Shown piece after piece: positions 26,901 to 39,900 of a stretch of 64,000 nucleotides of DNA. Source of the stretch: Eledone cirrhosa (Eukaryota); contig OZ024757.1 of NCBI GenBank assembly GCA_964016885.1, positions 42,842,001 through 42,906,000 on the forward strand. The letters run 5' to 3'. The notes under the pieces are model-generated. The model ran no database searches. It worked only from the letters and a program-made list of their open reading frames with translations, and had not been told where the DNA came from. The position numbers and the translations under genes are program-made. Every line of letters begins with the position of its first letter. The first letter of the stretch is position 1.

Positions 26901-29900
26901 ACGGTCTGGCGGCCTTGGCGCACGCGCACTACGGTCCGGCGGTCTTGGCGCATGCGCACTACGGTCCGGCGACCTTGCCGCATGCGCACTACGTTCCGGT
27001 GGCCTTGGCACATGCGCAGTACGGTCCGGTGGCTTTGGCGCATGCGCACTACGGTCTGGCAGACTTGGCGCATGCGCACTACGGTCCGATGGCCTTGGCG
27101 CATGCGCACTACGTCCTGCTGGCCTTGGCGCCTGCACAGTACAGTCCAGTGGCCTTGGCGCATGCGCAGTAAGGCCCGGCGGCCTTAGCGCATGCGCAGT
27201 AAGGTCCGGCGGCCATGGCGCATGCGCACTAAGGGCCAGCGGTCTTTGCGCATGCGCACAATGGTACGGCGGCCTTGGCGCATGCGCACTACGTTCCGGT
27301 GGCCTTGACGCATGCGCAGTACTGTCCAGTGGCCTTGGCGCATGCGCAGTAAGGTCCGGCGGCCTTAGCGCATGCGCAGTACGTTCCGGCGGCCTTGGCG
27401 CATGTGCACTAAGGGCCATCGTTCTTTGCGCATGCGCACAACGGTCCGGCGGCCTTGGTGCATGCGCACTACGGTCCGGCGGCCTTGGCGCATGCGCACT
27501 ACGGTCCGGCGGCTTTGGTGCATGCGCACTACGGTCTAGCAGCATTGGAGCATGCACACTACAGCCCGGCGGCCTTGGCGCATGCGCAGTACGGCCCGGC
27601 GACCTTGGCGCATGCGCACTACGGTCTGGCGGCCTTGGCGCACGCGCACTACGGTCCGGCGGTCTTGGCGCATGCGCACTACGGTCCGGCGGCCTTGCCG
27701 CATGCGCACTACGTTCCGGTGGCCTTGGCACATGCGCAGTACGGTCCGGTGGCTTTGGCGCATGCGCACTACGGTCTGGCAGACTTGAAGCATGCGCACT
27801 ACGGTCCGATGGCCTTGGCGCATGCGCACTACGTCCTGGTGGCCTTGACGCATGCGCAGTACAGTCCAGTGGCCTTGGCGCATGCGCAGTGAGGTCCGGC
27901 GGCCTTAGCGCATGCGCAGTAAGGTCCGGCGGCCATGGCGCATGCGCACTAAGGGTCAGCGGTCTTTGCGCATGCGCACAACGGTACGGCGGCCTTGGCG
28001 CATGCACACTACGGCCCGGCGGCCTTGGCGCCTGCACACTACGGTCCGGCGGCTTTGGTGCATGCGCACTACGGTCCGGCGGCGCGCACTACGTTCCGGT
28101 GGCCTTGGCGCATGCGCAGTACGCTCCAGTGGCCTTGGCGCATGCGCAGTAAGGTCCGACGGCTTTGGCGCATGCGCACTATGGTCTTTCAGTTTTGGCG
28201 CATGCGCACTACGGTCCGGCGGCCTTCGCGCATGCGCACTACGTTCCGGCGGCCTTGGCGCATGCGCACTACGTTCCGGTGGCCTTTGCGCATGCGCAGT
28301 ACGGTCCAGCGGCCTTGGCGCATGCGCACAACGGTACGGCGGCCTTGGCGCATGCGCACTACGTTCCGGTGGCCTTGGCGCATGCGCAGTACTGTCCAGT
28401 GGCCTTGGCGCATGTGCAGTAAGGTCCGGCGGCCTTAGCGCATGCGCAGTACGTTCCGACGGCCTTGGCGCATGCGCACTAAGGGCCATCGTTCTTTGCG
28501 CATGCGCACAACGGTCCGGCGGCCTTGGTGCATGCGCACTACGGTCCGGCGGCCTTAGCGCATGCGCAGTTCGGTACTGCGACCTTGACGCATGCGCAGT
28601 ACAGTCAGGTGGCCTTGGCGCATGCGCACAACGGTCCGGCGCCCTTGGCGCATGCTCAGTATGGTCCGACGGCCTTGGCGCATGTGCACTATGTATCGGC
28701 GGCCTTGGCGCATGCGCACTACGGTTAGGCGGCTTTGGCGCATGCGCACTACGATCAGGCCGTCTCGGCGCGTGCGCAGTACGGTCTGGCGGTCTTGGCG
28801 CATGGGCACGTCATCAAAAAGGACTAACATGGCCGAAATGTCATCATGTATGTCTGAAATTACAACAAAATGGCTAAGACGGCATAATAAATGACTAAAG
28901 TGACAATAAAATGCTAAAACCGTATCATAATTGACTAGAATGACTCTAACACGACTGAAACGTCTAAAATGACTATAAATGGCTCTAAAATGGTTAAACT
29001 GCATCATAAATTTCTAAAATAACTCAAAATGGCTAAATATGGCAACATAAAGGCTTAAAATGGCTAAAAAGTCATCCGGACCGTACTGCACATGCTTCAA
29101 GGACTTCGGACCGTCGTGCGCATGCGCCAAGGCCTCCGAACCGTAGTGCGCATGCGCCAACGCCGCCGGACCGTAGTGCGCATGCGCCAAGGCCGCCGGA
29201 CCGTAGTGCGCATGCGCCAAGGCCGCCAGACCGTAGTGCACATGCGCCAAGGCCGCCGGGCCGTACTGCGCATGCGCCAAGGCCGCCGGACCGTAGTGCG
29301 CATGCGCCAATGCTGCCAGACCGTAGTGCGCATGCACCAAAGCTTCCGGACCGTAGTGCGCATGCGCCAAGGCCGCCGGACCGTTGTGCGCATGCGCCAA
29401 GGCCACTGGACCGTAGTGCGCACGCGCCAATGCCATCGGACCGTAGTGCGCATGCGCCAAGTCTGCCAGACCGTAGTGCGAATGCGCTAAAGCCACCGGA
29501 CCGTACTGCGCATGTGCCAAGGCCACCGGAACGTAGTGCGCATGCGGCAAGGTCGCCGGACCGTAGTGCGCATGCGCCAAGACCGCCGGACCGTAGTGCG
29601 CATGCGCCAATGCTGCCAGACCGTAGTGCGCATGCGCCAAGGCCGCCGTGCCGTAGTGTGCATGCGCCAAGGCCGCCGGACCGTTGTGCGCATGCGCAAA
29701 GACCGCTGGCCCTTAGTGCGCATGCACCAAGGCCGCCGGACCGTTGTGCGCATGCGCAAAGAACAATGGCCCTTAGTGCGCATGCGCCAAGGCCGCCGTA
29801 ACGTACTGCGCATGCGCTCAGGCCGCCGGACCTTACTGCGCATGCGCCAAGGCCACTGGACAGTACTGCGCATGCGTCAAGGCCACCGGAAAGTAGTGCG

Positions 29901-31070
29901 CATGCGCCAAGGCCGCCGTACCGTTGTGCGCATGCGCAAAGACCGCTGGCCCTTAGTGCGCATGCGCCATGGCCGCCGGACCTTACTGCGCATGCACCAA
30001 GGCCACTGGACTGTACTGCGCATGCGCCAAGGCCACCAGGACGTAGTGCGCATGCGCCAAGGCCATCGGACCGTAGTGCGCATGCGCCAAGTCTGCCAGA
30101 CCGTAGTGCGCATGCGCCAAAGCCACCGGACCGTACTGCGCATGTGCCAAGGCCACCGGAACGTAGTGCGCATGCGGCAAGGTCGCCGGACCGTAGTGCG
30201 CATGCGCCAAGACCGCCGGACTGTAGTGCGCGTGCGCCAAGGCCGCCAGACCGTAGTGCGCATGCGCCAAGGTCGCCGGGCCGTACTGCGCATGCGCCAA
30301 GGCCGCCGGGCTTTAGTGCGTATGCCCCAATGCTGCTAGACCGTAGTGCGTATGCACCAAAGCCGCCGGACCGTAGTGCGCATGCGCCAAGGCCGCCGGA
30401 CCGTAGTGCGCATGCACCAAGGCCGCCGGACCGTTGTGCGCATGCGCAAAGAACGATGGCCCTTAGTGCGCATGCGCCAAGGCCGCCGGAACGTACTGCG
30501 CATGCGCTAAGGCTGTCGGACCTTACTGCGCATGCGCCAAGGCCACTGGACAGTACTGCGCATGCGCCAAGGCCACCGGAACGTAGTGCGCATGCGCCAA
30601 GGCCGCCGTACCGTTGTGCGCATGCGCCAAGGCCGCTGGACCGTACTGCGCATGCGCAAAGGCCACCGGAACGTAGTGTGCATGCGCCAAGGCCGCCGGA
30701 ACGTAGTCCGCATGCGCGAAGGCCGCCGGACCGTAGTGCGCATGCGCCAAGACTGACAGACCATAGTGCGCATGCACCAAAGCCGCCGGACCTTACTGCG
30801 CATGCGCCAAGGCCACTGGAGCGTACTGCGCATGCGCCAAGGCCACCGGAACGTAGTGCGCATGCGCCAAGGCCGCCGCACCGTAGTGCGCATGCGCCAA
30901 GGCTGCCAGACCGTAGTGCGCATGCGCCAAAGCCGCCGGACCGTACTGCGCATGTGCCAAGGCCACCGGAACGTAGTGCGCATGCGGGAAGGTCGCCGGA
31001 CCGTAGTGCGCATGCGCCAAGGCCGCCGAACCGCATGCGCACAAAGGTCCGGCAGCCTTGGCGCATGCGC
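20930..31070 (+). repeat. ~10-kb segment directly duplicated at ~37850-47870
   Basis: Offsets 16916, 16706, 16736, 16826 and 16796 (differing by multiples of 30) between matching ORFs; same order of junctions and spacers. Confidence 0.88.
28810..29075 (+). repeat. AT-rich spacer type B, full length (266 bp)
   Basis: GTCATCAAAAAGGACTAACATGG...GGCTAAAAAGTCAT|CCGGACC; the last ~170 bp are the near reverse complement of the start of type A, including the same satellite junction. Confidence 0.95.
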
Positions 31071-32200
31071 AGTACGGTTCGGCGGCCTTGGCGCATGCGC
31101 ACTACGGTCTGGCGGCCTTGGCACATGCGCACTACGGTCCGACGGCCTTGGGGCATGCGCAGTAAGATCCGGCGGTCTTGGAGCATGCGCACTACGGTCT
31201 GGCGGCCTTGGCACATGCGCACTACTGTCCGACGGCCTTGGGGCATGCGCAGTACGATCCGGCGGTCTTGGATCATGCGCAGTACCGTCCCGTGGCCTTG
31301 GCGCATGCGCACTACGGTCCAGCTGCTTTGGCGCATGCGCAGTACGGTTCGGCGGCCTTAGCGCATGCGCACTACGGTCCGGAGGGCTTGGCGCATGCGC
31401 AGTATGGTCCGGCGACCTTGACGCAGGCGCACTACGGTTCGGCGGCTCTGGCGCATGCGCACTGCGGTCCGGCGGCCTTGGCGCATGCGCAGTACGGTCC
31501 GGCGGCCTTAGCGCATGCGCAGTTCGGTACTGGGACCTTGACGCATGCGCAGTACAGTCAGTCGGTCTTGGCGCATGCGCACTACGGTCCGGCGGCCTTG
31601 GCGCATGCGCAGTACGGTTCGGCGGCTTTGGCGCATGCGCACTACGGTCCGGCGGCCTTGGCACATGCGCAGTACGGTCCGGCGGCCTTAACGCATGCGC
31701 AGTTCGGTACTGCGACCTTGACGCATGCGCAGTACAGTCAGGCGGCCTTGGCGCATGCGCAGTACGGTCCGGCGGCCTTAGCGCATGCGCAGTTCGGTAC
31801 TGCGACCTTGACGCATGCGCAGTACAGTCAGGTGGCCTTGGCGCATGCGCACTACGGTCCGGCGTCTTTGGCGCATGCGCACTACGGTCCGGCGGCCCCG
31901 GCGCATGCGCAGTATGGTCCGGCGGCCTTGGCGCATGCGCACTACGGTTCGGCGGCTCTGGCGCATGCGCACTACGGTCCGGCGGTCTTGGTGCATGCGC
32001 AGTACGGTACTGGGACCTTGATGCATGCGCAGTACAGTCAGGCGGCCTTGGCGCATGCGCATTACGGACCGGCGGCCTTGGCGCATGCGCAGTACGGTCC
32101 GGCGGCCTTAGCGCATGCGCAGTTCGGTACTGCGACCTTGACGCATGCGCAGTACAGTCAGGTGGCCTTGGCGCATGCGCAGTACGGTCCGGCGGCCTTG

Positions 32201-32254
32201 AAAATGGTTAAACTGCATCATAAATTACTAAAATAACTCAAAATGGCTAAATAT
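32201..32254 (+). repeat. 54-bp minimal AT spacer
   Basis: Identical to 20657-20710 including both junctions. Confidence 0.93.
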
Positions 32255-34299
32255 GGACTGTACTGCGCATGCGCCAAGGCCACCAGGACGTAGTGCGCAT
32301 GCGCCAAGGCCATCGGACCGTAGTGCGCATGCGCCAAGTCTGCCAGACCGTAGTGCGCATGCGCCAAAGCCACCGGACCGTACTGCGCATGTGCCAAGGC
32401 CACCGGAACGTAGTGCGCATGCGGCAAGGTCGCCGGACCGTAGTGCGCATGCGCCAAGACCGCCGGACCGTAGTGCGCGTGCGCCAAGGCCGCCAGACCG
32501 TAGTGCGCATGCGCCAAGGTCGCCGGGCCGTACTGCGCATGCGCCAAGGCCGCCGGGCTGTAGTGCGCATGCCCCAATGCTGCTAGACCGTAGTGCGCAT
32601 GCACCAAAGCCACCGGACCGTAGTGCGCATGCGCCAAGGCTGCCGGACCGTAGTGCGCATGCACCAAGGCCGCCGGACCGTTGTGCGCATGCGCAAAGAA
32701 CGATGGCCATCTTAGTGAGCATGCGCCAAAGCCGCCGGAACGTACTGCGCATGCGCTAAGGCCGCCCGACCTTACTGCGCATGCGCCAAGGCCACTGGAC
32801 AGTACTGCGCATGCGTCAAGGCCACCAGAACGTAGTGCGCATGCGCCAAGGCCGCCGTACCGTTGTGCGCATGCGCAAAGACAGCTGGCCCTTAGTGCGC
32901 ATGCGCCATGGCCGCCGGACCGTAGTGCGCATGCGCCAAGGCTGCCAGACCGTAGTGCGCATGCGCCAAAGCCGCCGGACCGTACTGCGCATGTGCCAAG
33001 GCCACCGGAACGTAGTGCGCATGCGGGAAGGTCGCCGGACCGTAGTGCGCATGCTCCAAGGCCGCCGAACCGCATGCGCACAAAGGTCCGGCGGCCTTGG
33101 CGCATGCGCAGTACGGTTCGGCGGCCTTGGCGCATGCGCACTACGGTCTGGCGGCCTTGGCACATGCGCACTACGGTCCGACGGCCTTGGGGCATGCGCA
33201 GTAAGATCCGGCGGTCTTGGAGCATGCGCACTACGGTCTGGCAGCCTTGGCGCATGCGCACTACGGTCCGGCGGCCTTGGCGCATGCGCACTACGTTCCG
33301 GCGGCCTTGGCGCATGCGCACTACGTTCCGGTGGCCTTTGCGCATGCGCAGTACGGTCCAGCGGCCTTGGCGCATGCGCACAACGGTACGGCGGCCTTGG
33401 CGCATGCGCACTACGTTCCGGTGGCCGTGACGCATGCGCAGTACTGTCCAGTGGCCTTGGGGCATGCGCACTACAGTCCAGTGGCCTTGGCGCATGCGCA
33501 GTAAGGTCCGGCGGCCATGGCGCATGCGCACTAAGGGCCAGCTGTCTTTGCGCATGCGCACAACGGTACGGCGGCCTTGGCGCATGCGCACTACGTTCTG
33601 GTGGCCTTGACGCATGCGCAGTACTGTCCAGTGGCCTTGGCGCATGCGCAGTAAGGTCGGGCGGCCTTAGCGCATGCGCAGTACGGTCTGGCGGCCTTGG
33701 CACATGCGCACTACGGTCCGACGGCCTTGGGGCATGCGCAGTACGATCCGGCGGTCTTGGTGCATGCGCAGTACCGTCCGGTGGCCTTGGCGCATGCGCA
33801 CTACGGTGCAGCTGCTTTGGGGCATGCGCAGTACGGTTCGGCGGCCTTAGCGCATGCGCACTACGGTCCGGCGGGCTTGGCACATGCGCAGTATGGTCCG
33901 GCGACCTTGACGCAGGCGCACTACGGTTCGGCGGCTCTGGCGCATGCGCACTGCGGTCCGGCGGTCTTGGCGCATACGCAGTACGGTCCGGCGGCCTTAG
34001 CGCATGCGCAGTTCGGTACTGGGACCTTGACGCATGCGCAGTACAGTCAGGCGGCCTTGGCGCATGCGCACTACGGTCCGGCGGCCTTGGCGCATGCGCA
34101 GTATGGTCCGACGGCCTTGGCGCATGTGCACTATGTATCGGCGGCCTTGGCGCATGCGCACTACGGTTCGGCGGCTTTGGCGCATGCGCACTACGATCCG
34201 GCGGCCTTGGCGCATGCGCACTACGGTCCGGCAGCCTTGGCGCATGCGCACTACGGTCATGTGGCCTTGGCGCATGCGCACTGCGGCCTTGTCGCATGC

Positions 34300-35360
34300 G
34301 CACTACGGTCCGGTGGCTTTGGCGCATGCGCACTACGGTCCGGCGTCCTTGGCGCATGTGCAGTACGGTCCGGTGGCCTTGGCGCATGCGCACTACGGTC
34401 CAGCTGCTTTGGCGCATGCGCAGTACGGTTCAGCGGCCTTAGCGCATGCGCACTACGGTCCGGCGGGCTTGGCGCATGCGCAGTATGGTCCGGCGACCTT
34501 GACGCATGCGCACTACGGTTCGGCGGCTCTGGCGCATGCGCACTGCGGTCCGGCGGCCTTGGCGCATGCGCACTACGTTCCGGTGGCCTTGGCGCATGCG
34601 CAGTACGCTCCAGTGGCCTTGGCGCATGCGCAGTAAGGTCCGGCGGCTTTGGCGCATGCGCACTATGGTCTGTCAGTTTTGGCGCATGCGCACTACGGTC
34701 CGGCTGCCTTCGTGGATGCGCACTACGTTCCGGCGGCCTTGCCGCATGCGCACTACGGTCCGGTGGCTTTGGCGCATGCGCACTACGGTCTGGCAGACTT
34801 GGCGCATGCGCACTACGGTCCGATGGCCTTGGCGCATGCGCACTACGTCCTGGTGGCCTTGGCGTATGCGCAGTACAGTCCAGTGGCCTTGGCGCATGCG
34901 CAGTGAGGTCCGGCGGCCTTAGCGCATGCGCAGTAAGGTCCGGCGGCCATGGCGTATGCGCACTAAGGGTCAGCGGTCTTTGCGCATGCGCACAACGGTC
35001 CGGCGGCCTTGGCGCATGCACACTACGGCCCGGCGGCCTTGGCGCCTGCGCACTACGGTCCGGCGGCTTTGGTGCATGCGCACTACGGTCTGGCAGCATT
35101 GGCGCATGCGCACTACGGTCTGGCAGACTTGGCGCATGCGCACTACGGTGCGATGGCCTTGGCGCGTGCGCACTACGTTCTGGTGGCCTTGGCGCATGCA
35201 CAGTACGGTCCAGTGGAACGTAGTGCGCATGCGCCAAGGCCGCCGGAACGTAGTGCGCATGCGGGAAGGTCGCCGGACAGTAGTGCGCATGCGCCAAGGC
35301 CACCGAACCGCATGCGCACAAAGATCCGGCGGCCTTGGCGCATGCGCAGTACGGTTCGGC
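34300..35360. repeat. Segment with an inverted copy at ~56970-58030
   Basis: Coordinate sum 92330 (35321/57009, 34897/57433); shared rare variant CTTCGTGGATGCG / CGCATCCACGAAG and the ~95-bp micro-block. Confidence 0.8.
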
Positions 35361-35708
35361 GGCCTTGGCGCATTCGCAGTTCGGTACTGCGACATTGACG
35401 CATGCGCAGTACAGTCAGGTGGCCTTGGCGCATGCGCAGTACGGTCCGGAGGCCTTAGCGCATGCGCAGTTCGGTACTGCGACCTTGACGCATGCGCAGT
35501 AAGTCAGGCGGCCTTGGTGCATGCGCACAACTGTCCGGCGCCCTTGGCGCATGCGCAGTATGGTCCGACGGCCTTGGCGCATGTGCACTATGTATCGGCG
35601 GCCTTGGCGCATGCGCACTACGGTTAGGCGGCTTTGGCGCATGCGCACTACGATCAGGCCGTATCGACGCGTGCGCAGTACGGTCTGGCGGTCTTGGCGC
35701 ATGGGCAC

Positions 35709-35974
35709 GTCATCAAAAAGGACTAACATGGCCGAAATGTCATCATGTATGTCTGAAATTACAACAAAGTGGCTAAGACGGCATAATAAATGACTAAAGT
35801 GACAATAAAATGCTAAAACCGTATCATAATTGACTAGAATGACTCTAACACGACTGAAACGTCTAAAATGACTATAAATGGCTCTAAAATGGTTAAACTG
35901 CATCATAAATTACTAAAATAACTCAAAATGGCTAAATATGGCAACACAAAGGCTTAAAATGGCTAAAAAGTCAT
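35709..35974 (+). repeat. AT-rich spacer type B, full length
   Basis: Near-identical to 28810-29075 with a few SNVs. Confidence 0.95.
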
Positions 35975-36940
35975 CCGGACCGTACTGCACATGCGTCAAG
36001 AACGTTGGACCGTAGTGCGCATGCGCCAAGGCCTCCGAACCGTAGTGCGCATGCGCCAACGCCGCCGGACCGTAGTGCGCATGCGCCAAGGCCGCCGGAC
36101 CGTAGTGCGCATGCGCCAAAGCCACCGGACCGTACTGCGCATGTGCCAAGGCCACCGGAACGTAGTGCGCATGCGGCAAGGTCGCCGGACCGTAGTGCGC
36201 ATGCGCCAAGACCGCCGGACCGTAGTGCGCGTGCGCCAAGGCCGCCAGACCGTAGTGCGCATGCGCCAAGGTCGCCGGGCCGTACTGCGCATGCGCCAAG
36301 GCCGCCGGGCTGTAGTGCGCATGCTCCAATGCTGCTAGACCGTAGTGCGCATGCACCAAAGCCGCCGGACCGTAGTGCGCATGCGCCAAGGCCGCCGGAC
36401 CGTAGTGCGCATGCACCAAGGCCGCCGGACCGTTGTGCGCATGCGCAAAGAACGATGGCCCTTAGAGCGCATGCGCCAAGGCCGCCGGAACGTACTGCGC
36501 ATGCGCTAAGGCCGCCGGACCTTACTGCGCATGCGTCAAGGCCACCGGAACGTAGTGCGCATGCGCCAAGGCCGCCGTACCATTGTGCGCATGCGCAAAG
36601 ACCACTGGCCCTTAGTGCGCATGCGCCATGGCCGCCGGACCTTACTGCGCATGCGCCAAGGCCGCCGGACCGTAGTGCGCATGCGCCAATGCTGCCAGAC
36701 CGTAGTGCGCATGCACCAAAGCTGCCGGACCGTAGTGCGCATGCGCCAAGGCCGCCGGACCGTTGTGCGCATGCGCCAAGGCCACTGGACCGTAGTGCGC
36801 ACGCGCCAAGGCCATCGGACCGTAGTGCGCATGCGCCATGTCTGCCAGACCGTAGTGCGCATGCGCTAAAGCCACCGGACCGTACTGCGCATGTGCCAAG
36901 GCCACCGGAACGTAGTGCGCATGCGGCAAGGTCGCCGGAC

Positions 36941-39900
36941 CGTAGTGCGCATGCGCCAAGACCGCCGGACCGTAGTGCGCATGCGCCAAGTCTGCCAGAC
37001 CGTAGTGCGCATGCGCCAAAGCCACCGGACCGTAGTGCGCATGCGGCAAGGCCGCCGGAACGTAGTGCGCATCCACGAAGGCAGCCGGACCGTAGTGCGC
37101 ATGCGCCAAGACTGACAGACCATAGTGCGCATGCGCCAAAGCCGCCGGACCTTACTGCGCATGCGCCAAGGCCACTGGAGCGTACTGCGCATGCGCCAAG
37201 GCCACCGGAGCGTAGTGCGCACGCGCCAAGGCCGCCGGACCGCAGTGCGCATGCGCCAGAGCCGCCGAACCGTAGTGCGCATGCGTCAAGGTCGCCGGAC
37301 CATACTGCGCATGCGCCAAGCCCGCCGGACCGTAGTGCGCATGCGCTAAGGCCGCTGAACCGTACTGCGCATGCGCCAAAGCAGCTGGACCGTAGTGCGC
37401 ATGCGCCAAGGCCACCGGACCGTACTGCACATGCGCCAAGGACGCCGGACCGTAGTGCGCATGCGCCAAAGCCACCGGACCGTAGTGCGCATGCGACAAG
37501 GCCGCAGTACCGTAGTGCGCATGCGCCAAGGCCACATGACCGTAGTGCGCATGCGCCAAGGCTGCCGGACCGTAGTGCGCATGCGCCAAGGCCGCCGGAC
37601 CGTAGTGCGCATGCGCCAAAGCCGCCGAACCGTAGTGCGCATGCGCCAAGGCCGCCGATACATAGTGCACATGCGCCAAGGCCGTCGGACCATACTGCGC
37701 ATGCGCCAAGGCCGCCGGACCGTAGTGCGCATGCGCCAAGGCCGCCTGACTGTACTGCGCATGCGTCAAGGTCCCAGTACCGAACTGCGCATGCGCTAAG
37801 GCCGCCGGACCGTACTGCGCATGCGCCAAGGCCGCCGGACCGCAGTGCGCATGCGCCAGAGCTGCCGAACCGTAGTGCGCCTGCGTCAAGGTCGCCGGAC
37901 CATACTGCGCATGTGCCAAGCCCGCCGGACTGTAGTGCGCATGCGCTAAGGCCGCCGAACCGTACTGCGCATGCGCCAAAGCAGCTGCACCGTAGTGCGC
38001 ATGCGCCAAGGCCACCGGACGGTACTGCGCATGCACCAAGACCGCCGGATCGTACTGCGCATGCCCCAAGGCCGTCGGACCGTAGTGCGCACGTGCCAAA
38101 GCCGCCAGACCGTAGTGCGCATGCTCCAAGGCCGCCGGATCTTACTGCGCATGCCCCAAGGCCGTCGGACAGTAGTGCTCATGCGCCAAGGCCGCCGAAC
38201 CGTACTGCGCATGCGCCAAGGCCGCCGGATCTTTGTGCGCATGCGGTTCGGTGGCCTTGGCGCATGCGCACTACTGTCCGGCGACCTTCCCGCATGCGCA
38301 CTACGTTCCGGCGGCCTTGGCGCATGCGCACTACGTTCCGGCAGCCTTGGCGCATGCGCACTACGGTCATGTGGCCTTGGCGCATGCGCAGTACTGTCCA
38401 GTGGCCTTGGCGCATGCGCAGTAAGGTCCGGCAGCCTTAGCGCATGCGCACTACGGTCCAGTGGCCTTATCGCATGCGCAGTAAGGTCCGGCGGCCATGG
38501 CGCATGCGCACTAAGGGCCAGCGGTCTTTGCGCATGCGCACAACGGTCCGGCGGCCTTGGCGCCTGCGCACTACGGTCCGGCGGCTTTGGTGCATGCGCA
38601 CTACGTTCCGGTGGCCTTGGCGCATGCGCAGTACTGTCCAGTGGCCTTGGCGCATGCGCAGTAAGGTCCGGCAGCCTTAGCGCATGCGCACTACGGTCCA
38701 GTGGCCTTATCGCATGCGCAGTAAGGTCCGGCGGCCATGGCGCATGCGCACTAAGGGCCAGCGGTCTTTGCGCATGCGCACAACGGTCCGGCGGCCTTGG
38801 CGCCTGCGCACTACGGTCCGGCGGCTTTGGTGCATGCGCACTACGTTCCGGTGGCCTTGGCGCATGCGCAGTACTGTCCAGTGGCCTTGGCGCATGCGCA
38901 GTAAGGTCCGGCAGCCTTAGCGCATGCGCAGTACGTTTCGGCGGCCATGGCGCATGCGCACTAAGGGCCAGCGGTCTTTGCGCATGCGCACAATGGTACG
39001 GCGTCCTTGGCGCATGCGCACTACGTTCCGGTGGCCTTGACGCATGCGCAGTACTGTCCAGTGGCCTTGGCGCATGCGCAGTAAGGTCCGGCGGCCTTAG
39101 CGCATGCGCAGTACGTTCCGGCGGCCTTGGCGCATGCGCACTAAGGGCCATCGTTCTTTGCGCACCGTACTGCGCATGCGCCAAGGCCGCCGGAACGTAG
39201 TGCGCATGCGCCAAGGTCGCCTGACTGTACTGCGCATGCATCAAAGTCCCAGTACCGTACTGCGCATGCACCAAGACCGCCGGACCGTAGTGCGCATGCG
39301 CCAGAGCCGCCGAACCGTAGTGCGCATGCGCCAAGGCCGCCGGACCATACTGCGCATGCGCCAAGGCCGCCGGGCCGTAGTGAGCATGCGCCAAAGACGC
39401 GGGCCCGTAGTGCGCATGCGCCAAGGCCACCTGACTGTACTGCGCATGCGTCAAGGTCGCAGTACTGAACTGCGCATGCGCTAAGGCCGCCGGATCGTAA
39501 TGCGCATGCGCCAAGGCCGCCTGACTGTACTGCGCATGCGTCAAGGTCGCAGTACCGAACTGCGCATGCGTTAAGGCCGCCGGACCGTACTGCGCATGCG
39601 CCAAGGCCGCCGGACCGTAGTGCGCATGTGCCAAGGCCGCCTGACTGTACTGCGCATGCGTCAAGGTCCCAGTACCGAACTGCGCATGCGCTAAGGCCGC
39701 CGGACCGTACTGCGCATGCGCCAAGGCCGTCGGACCGCAGTGCGCATGCGCCAGAGTCGCCGAACCGTAGTGCGCCTGCGTCAAGGTCGCCGGACCATAC
39801 TGCGCATGCGCCAAGCCCGCCGGACCGTAGTGCGCATGGGCCAAAGCCGCCTGACCGTACTGCGCATGCGCCAAGTCCGCAGTACCGTACTGCGCATGCG

